Shown: positions 41,151 through 52,198, counted from the first letter of the whole stretch. The stretch is DNA of 63,908 nt, filler included, from Octopus bimaculoides (GCF_001194135.2; 6 parts of 5 records of this genome joined end to end with filler, not necessarily neighbours in it), one strand, 5' to 3'. Program-made: numbers and translations. Notes: a model not told the origin generated them from the letters alone.

Positions 41151-41725
41151 TATTTATGTGTTCCAGTTTATTGGACCCCCATCAGTGTACTATAGTTGCT
41201 GCTTTTACTGTATTGTTTTCCTCATTGTATTTTCAATTAATGATATTAGATAATGGAATCCTAGATATACTGTGTTTCAAAGACAGGATGGTCATGGCTG
41301 AAAGGTCTTTGATCATGTCTATTTCATCAGGAGTGTCCTTGGACTAGAGAAATAAATCCACAAATTGCAAAGTCTTCTGAATATGCTGGATATATTGTTT
41401 TAGTAAATAAAGATTCTAATATTCAAAATAAATGGAAGTGGAGAGACAAGGTACTGAAGAGATTGCAAAAGTGCAATGAAATAATTTAACAAAAAACTAT
41501 ATAAATTAATAAAGGACTGAACCAGTGCGTGTGTTTATTACCGGCATAATGCCTCTCCCAAGGTTTAATAATATTGTTTGTGTTATTTAGAAAACTCAAT
41601 ATATTTAATATGCTTACTACAAAAGCTAAATTTGAAAATATATGTAAACAATTAAGAAGATTAATTGCTAGACATTAATGTAATTTCAAACTTAGATAAT
41701 CAAAGATACATGTTTGTGCTACTGC

Positions 41726-41757
<32 letters not shown>

Positions 41758-42093
41758 AAAGAAACTAAAAAAAAAAAAAAAAAAAATGGACAAACTTCAC
41801 CATAGAAAAACATTTTTGGCAAGGTAAGCAGACTCCTAACTGAAATCTGGTTGTAATAATCCCAATTGTACAGTTTATCAGAAAAATAGTAAATTGATAA
41901 ATTTTAATATAGGTTAAGATACAGTAACTGACAGCAAAGATTAGGTAAAGAACTGATCCAACTCACTTTAACTCTTGAAATATTGGAGAACAAATTAATC
42001 CTATTTCTTTCTCAAAACACACACAACAGCAGACTTCATTACTGTTTTTATACCAACATTTGGTAAATCAATTGATATATCCAATTCTTCTTA

Positions 42094-42099
42094 TTTATT
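42094..42099 (-). terminator. Candidate TERT polyadenylation signal (AATAAA)
   Basis: AATAAA on the minus strand about 290 nt past the TERT stop; AT-rich context makes chance occurrence likely. Confidence 0.25.
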
Positions 42100-42387
42100 A
42101 TTTCTGTAATTTAATTGTTACCATTCTTCTGTTTGATAATTTTGGATAAAATTTCATTTTTTACTTTGGTCAAAATTTCGTTTTTTACTTTGGTCATTTT
42201 CTTAAGATGGTAGTTCTTTTCAGCACATTTGGTCAAAATTCTATTTTCCCCTTTGGAAATATCAAATTTTCAACTCTTTTATTTGGTAACTGTGGTCAGT
42301 ATTTCAACATGTTCATTTGTCAAGTTTGCTTTTCTTAGTTCTCCAGGTTGGTACAATTATAGATATTCTGGAAAGTTCCTCAGTGTC

Positions 42388-42465
42388 TCAGTCTAAGATG
42401 TTCTTGAAATGATCTGAAACACCAGATTCCTTCACTTCCATAAACAGTTTGTATCTCTTCTTGCT
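42388..42465 (-). CDS. TERT: TERT terminal exon
   Basis: atatcag|AGC...GACTGA; SKKRYKLFMEVKESGVSDHFKNILD* resembles the conserved TERT end DFKTILD*. Confidence 0.93.
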   Translation of the reverse strand, partial: SKKRYKLFMEVKESGVSDHFKNILD

Positions 42466-45400
42466 CTGATATATGATAAAAATATTTTTAAAACAAAAAT
42501 AAATGAAAATAATTATTTAAATCATTTACACATACACCACACATACTACACACACACACACCACAGGTACACTATTGTGTACCTGTGGAAAATCCATAAG
42601 TAATACCTGTTCAGTTTTACTGTAATTAATTAAAGGGGTCACTTCAATAAAATATGTTTCTTTTTATTATTTAATAAATTAACAAAATGTCCCTATAAAT
42701 GTAAATACATAATGATATATAACTTATACATGGCCACTTTAGTCTCCACTGGTGACTTTATCATTTACTTGTTTCAGTTATTGGGCCATGGCCATGCTAG
42801 GGCACCACCTTGAAGAGTTTACTCAAACAAATCAGCCCCAATACATACTGGTCCCTTCTGACGAACCACTAAGTTACACAGGTGTAAACAAACCAACACT
42901 AGTAGTCAAGGGGTAGTGGTGGGGAACAAAAGAAACAAAGACATACACACACACAGTTTCCATCTATCAAATTCACTCAAAAGGCATTGGTTGGTCCCAG
43001 CTACAACAACAACAACAGCAACGACGACGACGAAAAATACCTTAAGAATGAGAACCCAGGTTTGAAATCTCCCCAAGACACCTGATGAAGGCTGGAGGGT
43101 ATATCAGCCGAAACGTTGTGTTAACAACAAAGAAGATGAGGACAAATATCCGTCAATTGTAAATAATGTGTTATTGTGTCATTTCATTGTTTTTAACATA
43201 GTAAAGTCTGATTCACAATACTACCGTGTTGGAACTTACCAGGAGGTGTTTTGTCTGAGTAAAATACATCTGCAGCAGGTTACGAAGTTTGTGATATTGA
43301 CTGCAATTGCAGGACAGTTTAAGATCAAATGCCATGAAACACAACCTACATCAGGATAGAAAGATGAAAATAAAGCGGATTGTAACCCATTTATAACCAT
43401 ATTTCAATTGAAATACACTGCACTTGTTTCAAATAATTTTGAAAATAATGAAGAATTTATTTAAGAAATGTCAGGCACAAGAGTGGATGAGTGGTAAGAA
43501 GCTTGATTCGCAACCACATGGTTCCAGGTTCAGTCCCGCTGTGTGGCATCTTGAGCAAGTGTCTTCTACTATATGAAATTTTTACAAATTGATATTAATA
43601 ACTATTAGTCATTAAATAATCTTATTCTTAACAAAGATTTTAGTTTTGCTATGAAAAATTCTAATTTTAATAAAAAAAATTGATATAAATTGATGGTGAA
43701 AAGAACATCATCCCTATAAAATCCATCTCTTACTTCAGAAAATTCTCTATGTACACAGTTAAGAATGTAAATGCCCCCTAAATCAGTTACTGGTGCAGGC
43801 TTGCTGGACCCCAAAATAATGTTGAAATTAGTGGATCTGTCAGTCCTAGCCCAGTACTTTCCACTGAATTCTGTTATGGAATGTACTAGACTAGGCTGAT
43901 AGACTTGATAATTTTGACATTACTGTAGGGTCAAGTAACTGATACAATGAGAAAGAGAAAATTTGCACATATGCATGTGTGTGTTGGGCAGGTGTATGCT
44001 AATGAAATTTCTACATACCATTTATTCTCTAGTTTGTTCAGTGGGTAGCAGATTGTGCCATTCATCTGTAAAATGATAACAACAGTATTAATAACAACCA
44101 GCAGTAGCCCCCCCCCCCACCTTGGAAATGTGTGCCCCTTGTGCATATACTGTAAACCATTATCACCTTCATCATTAGTTTTAGATTGGTAGAATCAACA
44201 GAGCGACAAACAAAATGCCAAGATGTACTTAGTCATATTCTTCACTTTCTGGAGTTCTAATATTGCCAAGGCCATCTTTTGCTTTCATGTTTCTGGGATT
44301 GGGGAAGGGGATGTGTATCTCTTAAAACCAGTACCAGTCATATATTGAATGCGAGTAAATCAGTTACATCTCTTTCCTACTTTGACAAGTCTTTAAGAAA
44401 TGACTGGTATTAATCATTAACACTATAGAGTATTTGAAAACTAGGTTTTGGGGCTGCTTTGAGAAAATTCATAGTAATGGCATTCTGCCGATTCCAACCA
44501 TTTTCAGACAACTCTGTCGATTTTTCCATAAGTATAAGAAGGGATTTTGTTTATATGTGTTTGACTTTCATATCTGAAGACAACATAGCAGGTGAGAGGT
44601 TCCAATTAATATCATTGGTGTTAACAAATCATTGTTGCTACTCAGGTGGAATGCTTTTCAGGTAAAAAATGAAGGCACATCTTTAGTTTACCAAAACATT
44701 CAATGAACTGATGAGGAAGCCTAAGTAACCTGCTAAAAATAGTAACCAAATCCCACTTAAACCACTGAAGTCTCTTAAAAGAATAGAACATATTCGACAA
44801 TGTAGTGCTAGATATGCTAAAAGAAATTTGGATGGTCACAGATGGAAAACCTTTTAGTCATAAATCTACTTGATCAGAACTGACCTATGGTTAAAAAAAC
44901 ACCTAAAGCTCCATGAGGCTCCGGCAGGGGATGGTGGCGAACCCTGCTGTACTCTTTCACCACGACTTTCTCTCACTCTTTCTTCCTGTTTCTGTTGTGC
45001 CTGTAATTCAAAGGGTCAGCCTTGTCACACTGAATATCCCCGAGAACTACGTTAAGGGTGCACGTGTCTGTGGAGTGCTCAGCCACTTGCACGTTAATTT
45101 CACGAGCAGGCTGTTCCGTTGATCAGAGCAACTGGAACCCTCGACGTCGTAAGCGACGGAGTGCCAACAATGAAGGCCTACATACTATTCATATCTTTTT
45201 TATTATTGTTCTAGTCATTTGTTCTTAATTTCATCATGTTTTTATCTAAAAGTCTGCCACAAAAGGGAATGAATGACAAGAAAAATCAGCATATCTTTGG
45301 CAGCCATTTGAGTAAAATCTGTATGTGATAGGACAAAAACTAAAAACAAGTAGACAATCATCATTTACTTCATTTAAAAATGCATGTAACCATTGGCCTA

Positions 45401-45566
45401 ACCCTCACCACTCATCTATTTCCTTATATTAATGTCTGAACATACTGACCTTTATCATATAATAATATATTTGTTGTTCGAAATAGTCAGCAATTTCTTC
45501 AATGCATTCTGGAAATATATTTGTATAACACAATAAAATAAGCACATACATACATACATATATAAA

Positions 45567-45603
<37 letters not shown>

Positions 45604-47650
45604 TCTTTTATTCTTTTACTTGTTTCAGTCATTTGACTGTGGCCATGCTGGAGCACCACTTTTAGTCGAACAAATTGACCCCCAGGACTTATTCTTTGTA
45701 AGCCTAGTACTTATTCTATCGGTCTCTTTTTTGCCAAACTGGGAAACATGTCTAGCCATGGGAAATATTACCCTACTTGGAAACAGGTGAGGGTTGGTGA
45801 CATAGTGGGTGTAGAAAATCCATTACAACAAGTTCTGTCTGGCTCAAGCAAGCATGGAAAAGGTGTCCTAACAGTGTAGCTAAGAAATTAATTTTGCATC
45901 ATATGGTTCCAGTTTCAATTCCACTGCATGGCACCTTGGCTATGTTTCTTCTATGATAGCTTTAGGTTGACCAATGCCTTGCAAATGGAATTTGGTAGAT
46001 GGAAACTATGCAGAAGCCTTTTCTATACAAATGTGTTGTGCATATACACAGATGTGTATTTATGTGTACTCAAGTTGTAACACTAGGATTGTTTTGAATT
46101 TTATCTCTTTATGTTTTAGGTATATCATAAACATGGTTGATATGATACTTAGATCAATATGATCAATTAAAATTTTGAAAGCAGTGCTCTAGTATGGCCA
46201 CACGCCAATGACAGAAATCATTATCAATAAAAAGAATAAATTTAAAAAAAGCCAATATAAAGCAATAAAGAGAAATTATTTTTGAAAAAGCTTACCGAAG
46301 AAGAAATTTAGATTTGCTGCCACACGTCTGTTAGAGGGTAATCTGCAGACATGAGTATGGAATCGGCAAGCAATCAGGTAGAAGATATCAAAGACATTGT
46401 TGATGATTGTTCCAAGAGTGTTGATCTAGAGTAAAGTGAAAATAAGTAAATAAAAATAAATAAAGAAGAAAAAAATAAAATGTATAAACATTTCTGTTAC
46501 AGCATGGCAGCTCTTTATTTACTGAGTCAGGAGGAAGGGGGCAGTATCCATAACATTTGCAATTTAAACCCAGGTCAACTTTGGGCTGGTAAATCTATTG
46601 TAATGATTCCAATGGGATTGCTCATTCCTAGGTAATGTGGTTAGCCAGGACCCAAACTCTACTTGAGTGCTCGTACAGTACTCGCTTGGATAATTTATCC
46701 CTATATACTCATCGTGTGCATATATATATATATATATAAAGGAAAATGAAAAATAAGGCAGAATGCTAAACTGGAAGTATATTTTAATAAAGATTTCTCT
46801 AACCGGCTCTCATTGCATAGCAAATTTTCAAGAAGAAGGAGAATGAAAATGTTTTTTTACAAAGAAGTACAAAATGAAGAAAATAATATATNNNNNNNNN
46901 NNNNNNNNNNNNNNNNNNNNNNNNNNNNNNNNNNNNNNNNNNNNNNNNNNNNNNNNNNNNNNNNNNNNNNNNNNNNNNNNNNNNNNNNNNNNNNNNNNNN
47001 NNNNNNNNNNNNNNNNNNNNNNNNNNNNNNNNNNNNNNNNNNNNNNNNNNNNNNNNNNNNNNNNNNNNNNNNNNNNNNNNNNNNNNNNNNNNNNNNNNNN
47101 NNNNNNNNNNNNNNNNNNNNNNNNNNNNNNNNNNNNNNNNNNNNNNNNNNNNNNNNNNNNNNNNNNNNNNNNNNNNNNNNNNNNNNNNNNNNNNNNNNNN
47201 NNNNNNNNNNNNNNNNNNNNNNNNNNNNNNNNNNNNNNNNNNNNNNNNNNNNNNNNNNNNNNNNNNNNNNNNNNNNNNNNNNNNNNNNNNNNNNNNNNNN
47301 NNNNNNNNNNNNNNNNNNNNNNNNNNNNNNNNNNNNNNNNNNNNNNNNNNNNNNNNNNNNNNNNNNNNNNNNNNNNNNNNNNNNNNNNNNNNNNNNNNNN
47401 NNNNNNNNNNNNNNNNNNNNNNNNNNNNNNNNNNNNNNNNNNNNNNNNNNNNNNNNNNNNNNNNNNNNNNNNNNNNNNNNNNNNNNNNNNNNNNNNNNNN
47501 NNNNNNNNNNNNNNNNNNNNNNNNNNNNNNNNNNNNNNNNNNNNNNNNNNNNNNNNNNNNNNNNNNNNNNNNNNNNNNNNNGTAAACACACCAGCATCAG
47601 TTGTCAAGCGATGTTGGGGGCGGGGGACAAACTCAGACACACAAACATAT

Positions 47651-47698
<48 letters not shown>

Positions 47699-49621
47699 GA
47701 CAGGCTTCTTTCAGTTTCCGTCTACCAAATCCACTCACAAGGCTTTGGTCGGCCCGAGGCTATAGTAAAAGACACTTGCCCAAGGTGTCACGCAGTGGGA
47801 CTAAACCCAGAACCATGTGGTTGGTAAGCAAGCTACTTACCACACAGCCACTCCTGCGCCTATGTTATGATGTTGATGATGATGATGATGCAACTATTTA
47901 CTGTGATGTAAACTAAATTGAAAAGCTTACCTCCTGATCCACAAATATAAGCTGACATTTTGGTTGCATGAACCTAAAATGAAAAGAACAAATATCCTTG
48001 AATGAAACAAATCTCTTATCACCTTTCAGACACAAAATACACAAATGTTCATGCAGAAATGCACATAGATATAGTCATAAACATTTAAACACACACACAC
48101 ACACAGAGTCCATTATCCCTCTAGTATATTGTTTAAAGTAAAGTGGATAAGTCTAGGAAACTGAACCTCCTCATTGGATCTATTTTCAACTAGGAGCATT
48201 TACTATTTTACTTGACGTTTGTAGAGGAACATTTGAAGGCTCTCAGAAATTAGTGAGATTGATATTATTGTTACATTTGAATTATTGGAAGTCAGCATTT
48301 GTAGGAAAGCCATGAGCAGGGAGGAGATTCTAGAGTGTCAATGTATAGTTAGTGGCTAGATTGAGTCTGGAGTGGAAGCACAATGGCCCAGTGGTTAGGG
48401 CAGCAGACTCGCGGTCATAGGTTCGCGGTTTCGATTCCCAGACCGGGCGTTGTGAGTGTTTATTGAGCGAAAACACCTAAAAGCTCCACGAGTCTCTGGC
48501 AGGGGATGTAGCAGCTGTATGATGTCTGACACATTGCAGGGTTCCTGTCACCTAACTACTCCACTCATACACCGTATCACTTACTCAGAAACTGAAAGAC
48601 TGGTTTACCTAAGTAAGCATTCTTGTAAATTAACTCCAGGATGATGTGAAAGGCCGGCGGAAACAGTGTCCGAAATAGCTGTAAATAAATAAATAATAGT
48701 AATAATAATAATTTCTTTTCTTTGCCACCAGGGTGAAGGATGAGAGGAACAATACAAAGACAGACATAAAGTGTGGGCATTTACATATAAGGAAAGGATT
48801 TAGAAAAATAAAGCATACAAGGTATACATTAAAAGAAGAGACGTATACATAGTATATGACAGTAAGAGAATTAAAAGAAAAAGGTGATAGTGATGGGGTC
48901 CTCCTCATACAGGAGGACATCTATGGATAATCAAGAAACTCCATTCAAGATCTCCCTTAATACCAAGGGCAAGTGCCCTCTCCAACCAGACTACCAGCGA
49001 CAAACACCAAACTTTTCACTAACACCTTGGCCAAAATCTTAAACTGTGTTCTGCAGAGTTACGGGCTGAAAATTCTCTAGCTTGTCCCCATTGTCAGTGT
49101 CCTTTCCGCAGCAGTGTCACCACACCCCAGCTAACAGCACTAGGAGTTCTGTTCTGCTGCCAGTTACTGTAGACGTATGCCAAGAAGATGCCAAACAAAT
49201 CTGGCATGAATACAGTATGAATACCGGCATGCATACAGTACGCCTGGTATGCATGAATATCAAATGTGAGTGTGGAGGAGAGTTTCATAACTCTCTGAGC
49301 ACCTCAGACAAGTCAAATTGATGGCAGCTCTGCTTTGTGGTAGACTTCCAAATTGGAAACACATAACCTTGCCCTAATAAGAGTGCAGTTGGGCTACAGA
49401 CTTTCCAAAGTTGTCTACAATCCCTAACTCGATCTGTAAGTCTCCCAAAAGAATATTGTTTAATTACAATCATGCTAAAAAGAATCATGTTATACTCACA
49501 GATTCCACAGTATCTGGAATAATCCTTCATAATCTCAAGAGATGTCATGTTAATCAGCAAACCACACCATGGTATCATATCTGAAATAATGTATAGAACA
49601 AAGAGTGATAGGTGGTGGTGG

Positions 49622-49653
<32 letters not shown>

Positions 49654-49771
49654 GGCAGTGGTAGTGACAATNNNNNNNNNNNNNNNNNNNNNNNNNNNNN
49701 NNNNNNNNNNNNNNNNNNNNNNNNNNNNNNNNNNNNNNNNNNNNNNNNNNNNNNNNNNNNNNNNNNNNNNN

Positions 49772-49802
<31 letters not shown>

Positions 49803-52099
49803 GGCAGTGGTAGTGACAATGATAGTGGCAGTGATGATGGTACAATGATAGCAGAAGTGGGAGAGATATTGAATGAAAGAGATATTGCTGCTAAGGTGCT
49901 GAATTGGTACAGTCATGCTAGCATGGGTTGGACGATTTGACTAAGGACTGGTGAAACCAGATGGCTACACCAGGCTCCAATCTGATTTGGCAGAGTTTCT
50001 ACAGCTGGATGCCCTTCCTAACGCCAACCACTCTGAGGGTGTAGTGGGTGCTTTTACGTGTCACCGGCACGAAGGCCAGTCGAGCGGTACTGGCAACGGC
50101 CACGCTCAAAATGGTGCATTTTACGTGCCACCCGCACAAGAGCCAGTCCAGGGGCACTGGCAACAACCTCGCTCGAATGACTTTTCACGTGCCACCGATC
50201 TTGGATATTCCATGGGGCCAAGAGTGACAATGTCTGCTTGAAATTGCATAGGTACTTACAACAATTAGTGCTGTACATACTATCATACTTACAAGTGACA
50301 GCTACAGCTTGTGTGTGTGTGCATGCGCACATACATGTGAATTTGTGCATCAAACAAATGAGATTATTGCAGTATTTAAATTTTTAGTTGTCTCTTTCTA
50401 CGAAAGGTGGACCAGCCATTCAGTAAATAATGACAGCTAAAACAAGCCCCAAGTTAAGTCCTTGTAGGTACAAACAAAGACTAAAACTCTTCAAGAATGT
50501 GTCTGCCTGAGTCGAAACACTGAAACAATCAGTAAAAGAAATATAAAGAAATAATTTTTAAGAAATGGTCAACTTACCTGTCTGTTTAAGACGCTGTAAC
50601 CAACCGTATTTCTGATGATTATAGTGGAAATTGATGAACAGTTTGTCATGTTGAATGTGACAATTATACTTGGAGACACCTGAAATAACACTGCTTTTAT
50701 CATTTTCAAGTTTAATTTTTCTGTGTTGAATGGGTTGGGCAAAATTACTCCAGGAAGGAGATCCATCACCAGATCCCTTTCTTGAAACCAACCCATTTTT
50801 AAAATTATTTTTCGAGTAATGTACTTTATTCCATGTCTTTTCCCACCTAATCACCAAGTTGCTGGACTTTTTCTTTATGTGCAACATAACATCCCATCTA
50901 GTAGCAACGAAAACATACCCACACACACACTTTCCTTCCAGGTACTGAAAACAGTCCCCTAACCATCTAGTCACTCTTCCTATCAAGTCCATAACTTTAG
51001 GCTACTACGATCAATGCTGACACAATGAAAAGTAGGTCTGTAGAGATTGCAAAAATGCTAGAGCAGAGGCATGTAAATGTTTTGCATGCAGGATGTATGA
51101 TGGAGATGGTAGGGGCCTCAACTAAACTCCTACTAGGCAAGGAACAAAGCTATAAATTCTTTTGGGTAGTGATGGTGTGGTTAGAGTAGGCATAGTATTT
51201 TTTTATTCAATTTTTTTAGTTCGTTATGATATGTGGTTTGCACCTGAAGAATATGTTTGAGTATTTCTCAACATATGAAACTATTAGTAGTGCTTAAATA
51301 TATATGCTGCACTCTTTAAATAAGTAAAATCTATCTTTCACCAGATGGAGAACTTTTTTTTTGTTGAATTTTCTATCATGGAACAGTACATTATATATGT
51401 GGAGGCGCAATGGCCGAGTGGTTAGGGAAGCGGACTCGCGGTCATAGGATCGCAGTTTCGATTCCCAGACCGAGCGTTGAGTGTTTATTGAGTGAAAACA
51501 CCTAAAGCTCCACGAGGCTCCGGCAGGGGATGGTGGCGAACCCTGCTGTACTCTTCCACCACAACTTTCTCTCACTCTTACTTCCTGTTGTGCCTGTAAT
51601 TCAAAGGGGCCAGCCTTGTCACACTGTGTCATGCTGAACATCCCCGAGAACTACGTTAAGGGTACACGTGTCTGTGGAGTGCTCAGCCACTTGTACGTTA
51701 AATTCACGAGCAGGCTGTTCCGTTGATCGGATCAACTGGAACCCTCGACGTCGTAAGCGACGGAGTGCCAACAACTCCTTCTATGCAACTATCCAAACAC
51801 ATATGTACTGCATTACACAATCTATCTTGTCATCATATGTCTACAAATTGAAGAATGAAAAAACAAAGAAATACAAGCAAAAAGCAATCACCGGTGAGGA
51901 ATGTCTCCAGGAAGTTCACTGCCCTTGACTCGTCTGGTGTGACAAATAAGTAGTCATCTACCAACCGCATCATCAGATCATCACTTTTCCCTTTCAGCAT
52001 GGTTTTTTCCATGTGGCCATAATAGAAACTACATAGCAGTGTTGACAGAACAGAGCCCTGGCTGATACCTATTTGCTGCAAGTAATATCTGGAATTAAT
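42388..52099 (-). CDS. TERT: Telomerase reverse transcriptase, 3' half (10 exons, 307 aa: RT motifs B'-E plus CTE)
   Basis: Spliced translation: INSRYYLQQIGISQGSVLSTLLCSFYYGHMEKTMLKGKSDDLMMRLVDDYLFVTPDESRAVNFLETFLTGVSKYNCHIQHDKLFINFHYNHQKYGWLQRLKQTDMIPWCGLLINMTSLEIMKDYSRYCGISISDTVSAGLSHHPGVNLQECLLRFMQPKCQLIFVDQEINTLGTIINNVFDIFYLIACRFHTHVCRLPSNRRVAANLNFFFECIEEIADYFEQQIYYYMIKMNGTICYPLNKLENKWLCFMAFDLKLSCNCSQYHKLRNLLQMYFTQTKHLLSKKRYKLFMEVKESGVSDHFKNILD*. It is collinear with human TERT landmarks (GIPQGSILSTLLC, LLRLVDDFLLVT, GVPEYGC, FPWCGLL, LKCHSLF, LQAYRFH, WLCHQAF, DFKTILD*). All introns are GT-AG with matching phases. Confidence 0.96.
42760..43010. mobile_element. Degenerate composite SINE
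   Basis: cttgtttcagt...ggccatgctagggcacc...aaccactaagttac...cagtttccatctatcaaattcactca matches motifs at 45620-45740, 47582-47760 and 56680-57060. Confidence 0.6.
43077..43122 (+). ncRNA. Minimal type I hammerhead ribozyme-like motif in a TERT intron (antisense to TERT)
   Basis: GACAC CTGATGA A GGCTG gagggtatat CAGCC GAAAC GTT GTGTT, within a third tail copy at 43030-43170. Confidence 0.6.
43240..43345 (-). CDS. TERT: TERT exon: CTE
   Basis: cctgatgtag|GTTG...CTG|gtaagt; WLCFMAFDLKLSCNCSQYHKL resembles [21 protein letters not shown]; 106 nt, phase 2 to 0. Confidence 0.94.
43474..43572 (+). mobile_element. SINE family A head, truncated
   Basis: gagtggatgagtggtaagaagcttgattcgcaaccacatggttccaggttcagtcccgctg. 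Confidence 0.8.
43600..43850 (-). pseudogene. Penelope-like element RT fragment
   Basis: NFNIILGSSKPAPVTDLGGIYILNCVHREFSEVRDGFYRDDVLF resembles PLE FDVTMGS.DGAE.CELVG.YIL...GLYRDDGL. Confidence 0.65.
44019..44065 (-). CDS. TERT: TERT exon: CTE
   Basis: cattttacag|ATG...AAATG|gtatgt; MNGTICYPLNKLENKW; 47 nt, phase 0 to 2. Confidence 0.85.
44893..45170 (+). mobile_element. SINE family B, 5'-truncated
   Basis: Matches the 24278 and 51399 copies from aaacacctaaagctcc to ggagtgccaacaa. Confidence 0.9.
45450..45508 (-). CDS. TERT: TERT exon: CTE
   Basis: tatttccag|AATGC...AAG|gtcagt; ECIEEIADYFEQQIYYYMIK; 59 nt, phase 1 to 0; fills the required phase gap. Confidence 0.82.
45620..46025. mobile_element. 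Adjacent SINE fragments
   Basis: cttgtttcagtcatttgactgtggccatgctggagcacc...(45620-45740); family A-like copy at 45870-46025. Confidence 0.7.
46296..46425 (-). CDS. TERT: TERT exon: CTE
   Basis: ttactctag|ATC...TTCG|gtaagc; INTLGTIINNVFDIFYLIACRFHTHVCRLP resembles [30 protein letters not shown]; 130 nt, phase 0 to 1. Confidence 0.94.
47582..47857 (-). mobile_element. SINE family A with composite tail
   Basis: Reverse complement has the family A head gagtggctgtgtggtaagtagcttgcttaccaaccacatgg. Confidence 0.88.
47931..47973 (-). CDS. TERT: TERT exon: CTE
   Basis: ttcattttag|GTTC...GAG|gtaagc; FMQPKCQLIFVDQE resembles LRLKCHSLFLDLQ; 43 nt, phase 2 to 0. Confidence 0.9.
48372..48512 (+). mobile_element. 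SINE family B head
   Basis: gtggaagcacaatggcccagtggttagggcagcagactcgcggtcataggttcgcggtttcgattcccagacc. Confidence 0.85.
48609..48678 (-). CDS. TERT: TERT exon: start of CTE
   Basis: ttatttacag|CTATT...CTTAG|gtaaac; SISDTVSAGLSHHPGVNLQECLLR; 70 nt, phase 1 to 2. Confidence 0.88.
48770..49460 (-). pseudogene. L1/Tx1-clade LINE RT fragment in a TERT intron
   Basis: FGRLTDRVRDCRQLWKV, MPDLFGIFLAYVYSNWQQ, SAVSWGVVTLLRKG, GDKLENFQPVTLQNT.FKILAKVL. Confidence 0.8.
49500..49580 (-). CDS. TERT: TERT exon: motif E
   Basis: ttatttcag|ATATG...ATCT|gtgagt; DMIPWCGLLINMTSLEIMKDYSRY; 81 nt, phase 1 to 1. Confidence 0.95.
49914..50190 (-). mobile_element. SINE family C with short internal tandem repeats
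   Basis: Reverse complement of the 40712-40870 tail, plus repeated acgtgccacc...ggcactggcaac units. Confidence 0.8.
50578..50679 (-). CDS. TERT: TERT exon: motif D
   Basis: ttatttcag|GTGTCTCC...ACAG|gtaagt; GVSKYNCHIQHDKLFINF resembles GVPEYGCVVNLRKTVVNF; 102 nt, phase 1 to 1. Confidence 0.92.
50995..51200 (+). pseudogene. RTE-type APE endonuclease N-terminal fragment in a TERT intron
   Basis: RATTINADTMKSRSVEIAKMLEQRHVNVL...GASTKLLLGKEQSYKFFWV. Confidence 0.65.
51399..51774 (+). mobile_element. tRNA-derived SINE family B, full length
   Basis: A/B-box head, body and tail as at 24278. Confidence 0.92.
51892..52099 (-). CDS. TERT: TERT exon: motifs B' and C
   Basis: Acceptor tttttctttccaacag|ATT; encodes GISQGSVLSTLLCSFYYGHME and LMMRLVDDYLFVTP; donor ACCG|gtgatt; 208 nt, phase 0 to 1. 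Confidence 0.95.
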
Positions 52100-52198
52100 C
52101 TGTTGGAAAGAAAAAACAATGGATGACAAACCCCTTCCAGCATCATAAGGGTAGCAAAAATTGAAGGAATAAATTATTAAAAAAATAATCTTTTTAAA

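Noticed and set aside
41230-41480. Plus-strand frame ECPWTREINPQIAK... as a convergent gene exon
   Set aside because: An upstream in-frame stop, no recognised family, and a possible decayed LINE origin.
44160-44840. Further TERT or PLE coding sequence
   Set aside because: The TERT phase chain closes without it, and the PLE-like words are out of order and too weak to call.
45397-45406. CCTAACCCTC as a telomerase RNA template
   Set aside because: It is a short chance-level match in a TERT intron with no visible pseudoknot or box H/ACA. I saw no (TTAGGG)n arrays or TR candidate elsewhere in the window.
49226-49260. IHAYQAYCMHA as the TERT [11 protein letters not shown] motif
   Set aside because: It lies in the L1/Tx1 remnant; the true CTE motif (LIACRFH) is in exon 46296-46425.
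49600-49820. Direct duplication on both sides of a gap
   Set aside because: Probably an unmerged contig overlap in a microsatellite.
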